64,000 nt of DNA from an uncultured Acidobacteriota bacterium (GTDB taxonomy: Bacteria; Acidobacteriota; UBA6911), in NCBI GenBank assembly GCA_963843575.1, contig CAWJKZ010000018.1:97195-161194 (forward strand), given 5' to 3'. Below the pieces are notes generated by a model, which was given only the letters and a program-made list of their open reading frames with translations, had not been told where the DNA came from and made no database searches. Position 1 is the first letter of the stretch. The number at the start of each line of letters is the position of its first letter. Of this stretch, positions 60,210 through 64,000 are shown in pieces. A program made the translations under genes and the position numbers.

Positions 60210-60764
60210 ATGGGCAGCGAAATATCCAAACGGCTAAGGTTCGAGACCTTCAAGAGAGACGAGTTCAAATGTCAGTATTGCGGAAGAACACCACCCCGTG
60301 TGGTCCTGGAAGTGGATCACATCGTACCCCTTGCGAGGGGCGGAGACAGCAGCCCGGAAAATCTGATAACGAGTTGTCAGGACTGCAATCGCGGCAAAGG
60401 CGCGCGACCACTCGATCAGGTGCCGGCGCCTCTAAAAGATCAGATGCAGGACAAGCAGGAGCGGCAAGAACAGGTCGAGGCGTTCAATCAGTTTCTACTC
60501 GACGCCCGAAACCGCGAGTTGCAGGCCATCGAGGAACTCGGTCTGTATTGGCATAACAAGTTCGAAATGAAGAAGGACAAATGGGTTTTTGGCCCCACGC
60601 GCGAAGCCTCCCTCCGGACATTTTTGAAGTTTCTCGCCCCGGTTGAGATCCTCGGCGCGATTGACCTCGCCCACGACCGGTTTCCGGTGTACTCACGTGA
60701 GGAGGACAACAAAACGTTCAGATATTTCTGCGGTATTTGCTGGAGAAAGATCAAGGGCGAGTAA
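60210..60764 (+). CDS. HNH endonuclease with C-terminal extension
   Basis: RDEFKCQYCG..LEVDHI.P..GG..NL..SCQDCNRGK. Confidence 0.9.
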   Translation: MGSEISKRLRFETFKRDEFKCQYCGRTPPRVVLEVDHIVPLARGGDSSPENLITSCQDCNRGKGARPLDQVPAPLKDQMQDKQERQEQVEAFNQFLLDARNRELQAIEELGLYWHNKFEMKKDKWVFGPTREASLRTFLKFLAPVEILGAIDLAHDRFPVYSREEDNKTFRYFCGICWRKIKGE

Positions 60765-61672
60765 TGGGCAGATACCAGCAGATGGATTTTGATGCCAGGG
60801 CCTGGCTGACAGATCCGAAACTTTCGCGATGCAAGGCATCGACCAGAGGAATCTGGGTGGATGCCATCTGTGCCATGCACGAACTGGATCGTTGCGGACG
60901 GCTGTTGGGCTCGGTCGAAGAACTGAGCCGAATATGCCGTTGCCGAGCCGACGAGATGCGTGCAGCGCTTCTTGACCTTCACAAAACCGAAGCGGCCGAT
61001 CTGGAAGTGAAATTGTCAGAGTCTGAACCGAATCACGCCATCGTCACGTTTCAGAATGGCGAAAAAACGGCATTCCAAGACGCCTTGATCACGGACAAAT
61101 TCGCAATTATCACGCTCACAAATCGGCGTCAGCGACGTGAGTGGGAGGCCAGGCAACTTGCTAATAATAGGGCACTTAAGTATCGTGAAAGAAAAACCGC
61201 CAACGCGAAAGCCGAGCGCGTCACGCGAAAATCACGTTCGCCCTCTTTATCTATATCTCTATTAGGGAACAATCTTTCAGATTGTTCCAATGCGTCCGGT
61301 GGAGGATGCAACGGTATCACACCTGAGGCATTTCAGGCTTTCTGGAATGCCTATCCTGCCCATCGTCGCATGAGCGAAACTCTGGTTTTTGATGCCTTGA
61401 TGCGGATACACGCTGACGCAAGTCTCCTTTCGCGCATGGTTGATGCCCTCCAGACTTTGAAAGCGTCGGATAGCTGGCGCGACAAGGGAGGGCAATTTGT
61501 TCCCAATATGCTTCGTTGGATTGAGGCGCACGGCTGGGAGGCGGTCTCCGTGGAGCAGGACGAACCCCCTCCGGAGCCGGCCGGATCGGACCCGGCCCCG
61601 CCGAAAGGCATGCGGTGGAAACGCGACGGCAAGGGCGAGTTGGTTCACCCGCTCACGGCTGAACCGAAGTGA
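60764..61672 (+). CDS. Phage replication initiator-like protein
   Basis: N-terminal WLTDPKLSRC...RGIW (YdaU/DUF1376-like), C-terminal FQAFWNAYP...GQFVP...WI; TAATG overlap. Confidence 0.75.
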   Translation: MGRYQQMDFDARAWLTDPKLSRCKASTRGIWVDAICAMHELDRCGRLLGSVEELSRICRCRADEMRAALLDLHKTEAADLEVKLSESEPNHAIVTFQNGEKTAFQDALITDKFAIITLTNRRQRREWEARQLANNRALKYRERKTANAKAERVTRKSRSPSLSISLLGNNLSDCSNASGGGCNGITPEAFQAFWNAYPAHRRMSETLVFDALMRIHADASLLSRMVDALQTLKASDSWRDKGGQFVPNMLRWIEAHGWEAVSVEQDEPPPEPAGSDPAPPKGMRWKRDGKGELVHPLTAEPK

Positions 61673-61687
61673 CCACGAGGCTGGAGA

Positions 61688-61879
61688 ATGCTCGAGCTCA
61701 AGGACGGTTTGACTTTCAGGGTGTCTGAGGTCGCGGAGATCCTGCAGATCTCGGACGACAAAGCGCGCCGCCTCATGCACGGAGGCTGGATACGCTACAT
61801 CAGGATCGGCCGGGAGATGCGGGTGACCAGGCCTGAGATGCTGAGGATTCTCTCGACCGGAACGAGTCCGAATCCTTAG
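61688..61879 (+). CDS. Excisionase-like helix-turn-helix protein
   Basis: GGAG RBS; RVSEVAEILQIS...IRIGREMRV. Confidence 0.85.
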   Translation: MLELKDGLTFRVSEVAEILQISDDKARRLMHGGWIRYIRIGREMRVTRPEMLRILSTGTSPNP

Positions 61880-62138
61880 CCGGCCGAAGGTCTATGACGG
61901 CATCGACGGAGTCGTTTTCCACATCGGCATTTCAGGACAATTGATCTGTCCTCGGTGTTAAGATCCCCTGTAAGTGTTGTGGACTCAGGCTGACAGCGAT
62001 CGCCGATCGGACTATAATTACACCACCCAAAGGTGCTTCAGATTTCAGTGAAATTGCCAGTGGAGGGTTTCTCCACGATCGGCAAAACAATTTTCCATCA
62101 CGAACTACCGGAATTGTTTACAAGGGGAGGACTCCAGA

Positions 62139-63911
62139 TTGAGGATAATGATTTCGTTGCTTATTGCACTGGTTGTGGCCCTGGAAGGGCCGTGGGCGCA
62201 GCGCTCGATTGACAATTTCTTTTCCGATTTCACTGCGGAATGGATGCGTGGGAATCCTGACGGCGCGACGTCAACACGGTATTTCGCAGGCGAGGAACAG
62301 GACCGTCTCGATCGTCAGTTGACTCCTCAGACCGATAGCTACAGGCACGGTCGCATAAAACTTGCGGAGAAGGGCCTGAACGAACTGCGCAAGTTTGATC
62401 GCAGCAGCATGTCCGAGTTGCAGCGCATTTCGGCTGAACTGATGCAGTGGCAACTTGACATAATTGTGAAGGGGGAACCCTATCTGGATTATTCCTTCCC
62501 ACTGAATCAATTCAACGGCATCAACGTGATTATTGTCGAAACCATGACCCTCCGGCATCCGCTGGCCAAGGAGCGGGATGCCGTCAATTATGTGGCCGCG
62601 CTAGGTCAGGTCTCGACGCGAATGAATGAAACGATTGCCGAAGGGGAACGCCTCGCAGCCAAGAACATGCTTCCTCCACGTTTTATCGTCGAGGCAACCA
62701 AGGCGCAGATGAAGCATTTTATCGCCGTCGCACCGAGCCAAAACCCGCTCGTAGCGACATTTGACCAGAGGATGGCCGCGGTGACTGCAATCCCCGAGCA
62801 GCGGCGGGCAGAACTCAGAAGTGAGGCTGAGAAGATCGTCAGCAGCCAGGTGTATGCGTCATGGCAGAAGGCGATTGAGCTGCTCGAGTCTCTGGTCCCA
62901 CGAACTTCTGACGAAGCCGGTCTTTGGCGGCTCCCGCACGGCCTGGATGCTTACGCGTATAGCCTTCGCCGTTTCACGTCGACAGATCTCAGTCCCGACG
63001 AGATTTATGATGCCGGGACGCGCGAGGTTGCACGTATAGAAAAAGAGATGGACAGGATTCTGCGCCAGTTGGGACGCACCGAGGGCACCGTAAAGGAACG
63101 GATCGATAGTCTGAAGGCGGACCTTGCCTATCCTCAAACCGAAGAGGGACGCAAGCTGATCATGTCCGATGTGGAGCAAATCCTCCGCGATGCGGAGAGA
63201 AGGGCACAGTCTCTCTTCGACGAGCGTCCGAAAGCGCCTGTCGTCGCACAGCCGTTTCCGCGTTTTCGGGAAGCGAACGCGGCGGCCAATTACAGCACAC
63301 CGGCGCCCGATGGTTCGCGCCCCGGAATCATCCAAATTCCCCTACGCGCTGAAAGGATGACGAAGTTCGGTTTGCGGACCCTTGTGTATCACGAGGGCGT
63401 TCCGGGCCATCATTTTCAGCTTGCGTTGGAGATGGAGAACAAATCCCTTCCACGATTCCGCCAGATCCGTGCGCTGGGAGTGCTCCCCGGCACTTCGGAA
63501 GGATGGGCTCTGTATGCCGAACGCCTCGCGGTCGAATCCGGGTGGTACGGCGAGGATCTGGAGGGAAGACTCGGGCAGCTCGATAATGAGTTGTTCCGTG
63601 CCCGGCGGCTCGTTGTCGACACTGGTATTCACGCAAAGCATTGGACGCGTCAGCAGGCTATCGACTATGGCATTGAACCCAGTGAGGTCGAGCGCTACGT
63701 TGTTTATCCCGGCCAGGCATGCTCGTACATGGTCGGGGAGCTCCAGATCATAGCGATGAAGGAGAAAGCCCAAAAGACTCTGGGCGCGCAGTTTTCGCTG
63801 AACCAGTTCCACAATGCAATTCTAAACACGGGTAGTGTGCCGCTCGGTCTTTTGGAGCGGCGGGTAGACTTGTACATCCGGGCAGCAGCAAAGGGGGGAA
63901 CACAACCCTAA
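62139..63911 (+). CDS. DUF885 family protein, exported
   Basis: GGGGAGG RBS, YHEGVPGHHFQ, EGWALYAE, RLVVDTGIH, EVERY..PGQACSY.VG. Confidence 0.95.
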   Translation: MRIMISLLIALVVALEGPWAQRSIDNFFSDFTAEWMRGNPDGATSTRYFAGEEQDRLDRQLTPQTDSYRHGRIKLAEKGLNELRKFDRSSMSELQRISAELMQWQLDIIVKGEPYLDYSFPLNQFNGINVIIVETMTLRHPLAKERDAVNYVAALGQVSTRMNETIAEGERLAAKNMLPPRFIVEATKAQMKHFIAVAPSQNPLVATFDQRMAAVTAIPEQRRAELRSEAEKIVSSQVYASWQKAIELLESLVPRTSDEAGLWRLPHGLDAYAYSLRRFTSTDLSPDEIYDAGTREVARIEKEMDRILRQLGRTEGTVKERIDSLKADLAYPQTEEGRKLIMSDVEQILRDAERRAQSLFDERPKAPVVAQPFPRFREANAAANYSTPAPDGSRPGIIQIPLRAERMTKFGLRTLVYHEGVPGHHFQLALEMENKSLPRFRQIRALGVLPGTSEGWALYAERLAVESGWYGEDLEGRLGQLDNELFRARRLVVDTGIHAKHWTRQQAIDYGIEPSEVERYVVYPGQACSYMVGELQIIAMKEKAQKTLGAQFSLNQFHNAILNTGSVPLGLLERRVDLYIRAAAKGGTQP

Positions 63912-64000
63912 CGAGGCCTTAGCAGGATGCTGAAAAACTCGAACCAATTGCGGTTTCGTGCATCTTTATTGATGAACCTCTCTGAAGTTCCTCCAAAGGA

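Larger units (their letters stand above)
57712..61879 (+). mobile_element. Phage-derived island or prophage remnant (replication module); right boundary uncertain
   Basis: tRNA 3' fragment, visibly lower GC, HNH-dnaB-HNH-initiator-xis genes. Confidence 0.8.

Noticed and set aside
63919-63945. TAGCAGGATGCTGAAAAACTC as an IS terminal inverted repeat
   Set aside because: Resembles IS or REP ends, but no partner repeat or transposase is visible before the window ends

Overview
High-GC bacterial DNA, probably Acidobacteriota (inferred from an ADOP-family permease, Tat-exported Gfo/Idh/MocA enzymes and the repeat types). The window has five parts. (1) 1-13244: a PHP phosphoesterase, a dense two-component hub (three kinases, three stand-alone response regulators) and a Nal1-like protease. 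(2) 13569-24291: the most striking locus, a co-oriented, largely translationally coupled cluster encoding a TPR protein, a 23-heme and a 43-heme c-type cytochrome (the latter with a 222-bp tandem amplification), an outer-membrane beta-barrel, an exported protein, a diheme-b ferric-reductase-type membrane protein, and a membrane-anchored ferredoxin fused to a circularly permuted thioredoxin-reductase-like flavoprotein. Together these look like a complete cytoplasm-to-surface electron conduit, flanked by paralogous NarL-type regulators and a repeated TGGGTA-N4-TAC operator-like motif. (3) 25269-57572: permease, c-di-GMP signalling, an orphan CpaE, hydrolases, oxidoreductases and glycoside hydrolases, plus a candidate ~227-nt structured ncRNA (48187-48413) and gene remnants. 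(4) 57712-61879: a lower-GC phage-like replication module next to a tRNA-Arg 3' fragment (att site). (5) A DUF885 gene. At least five single-base frameshifts, three in homopolymers, suggest sequencing error. All counts and base pairings were made by eye; no database search was run.
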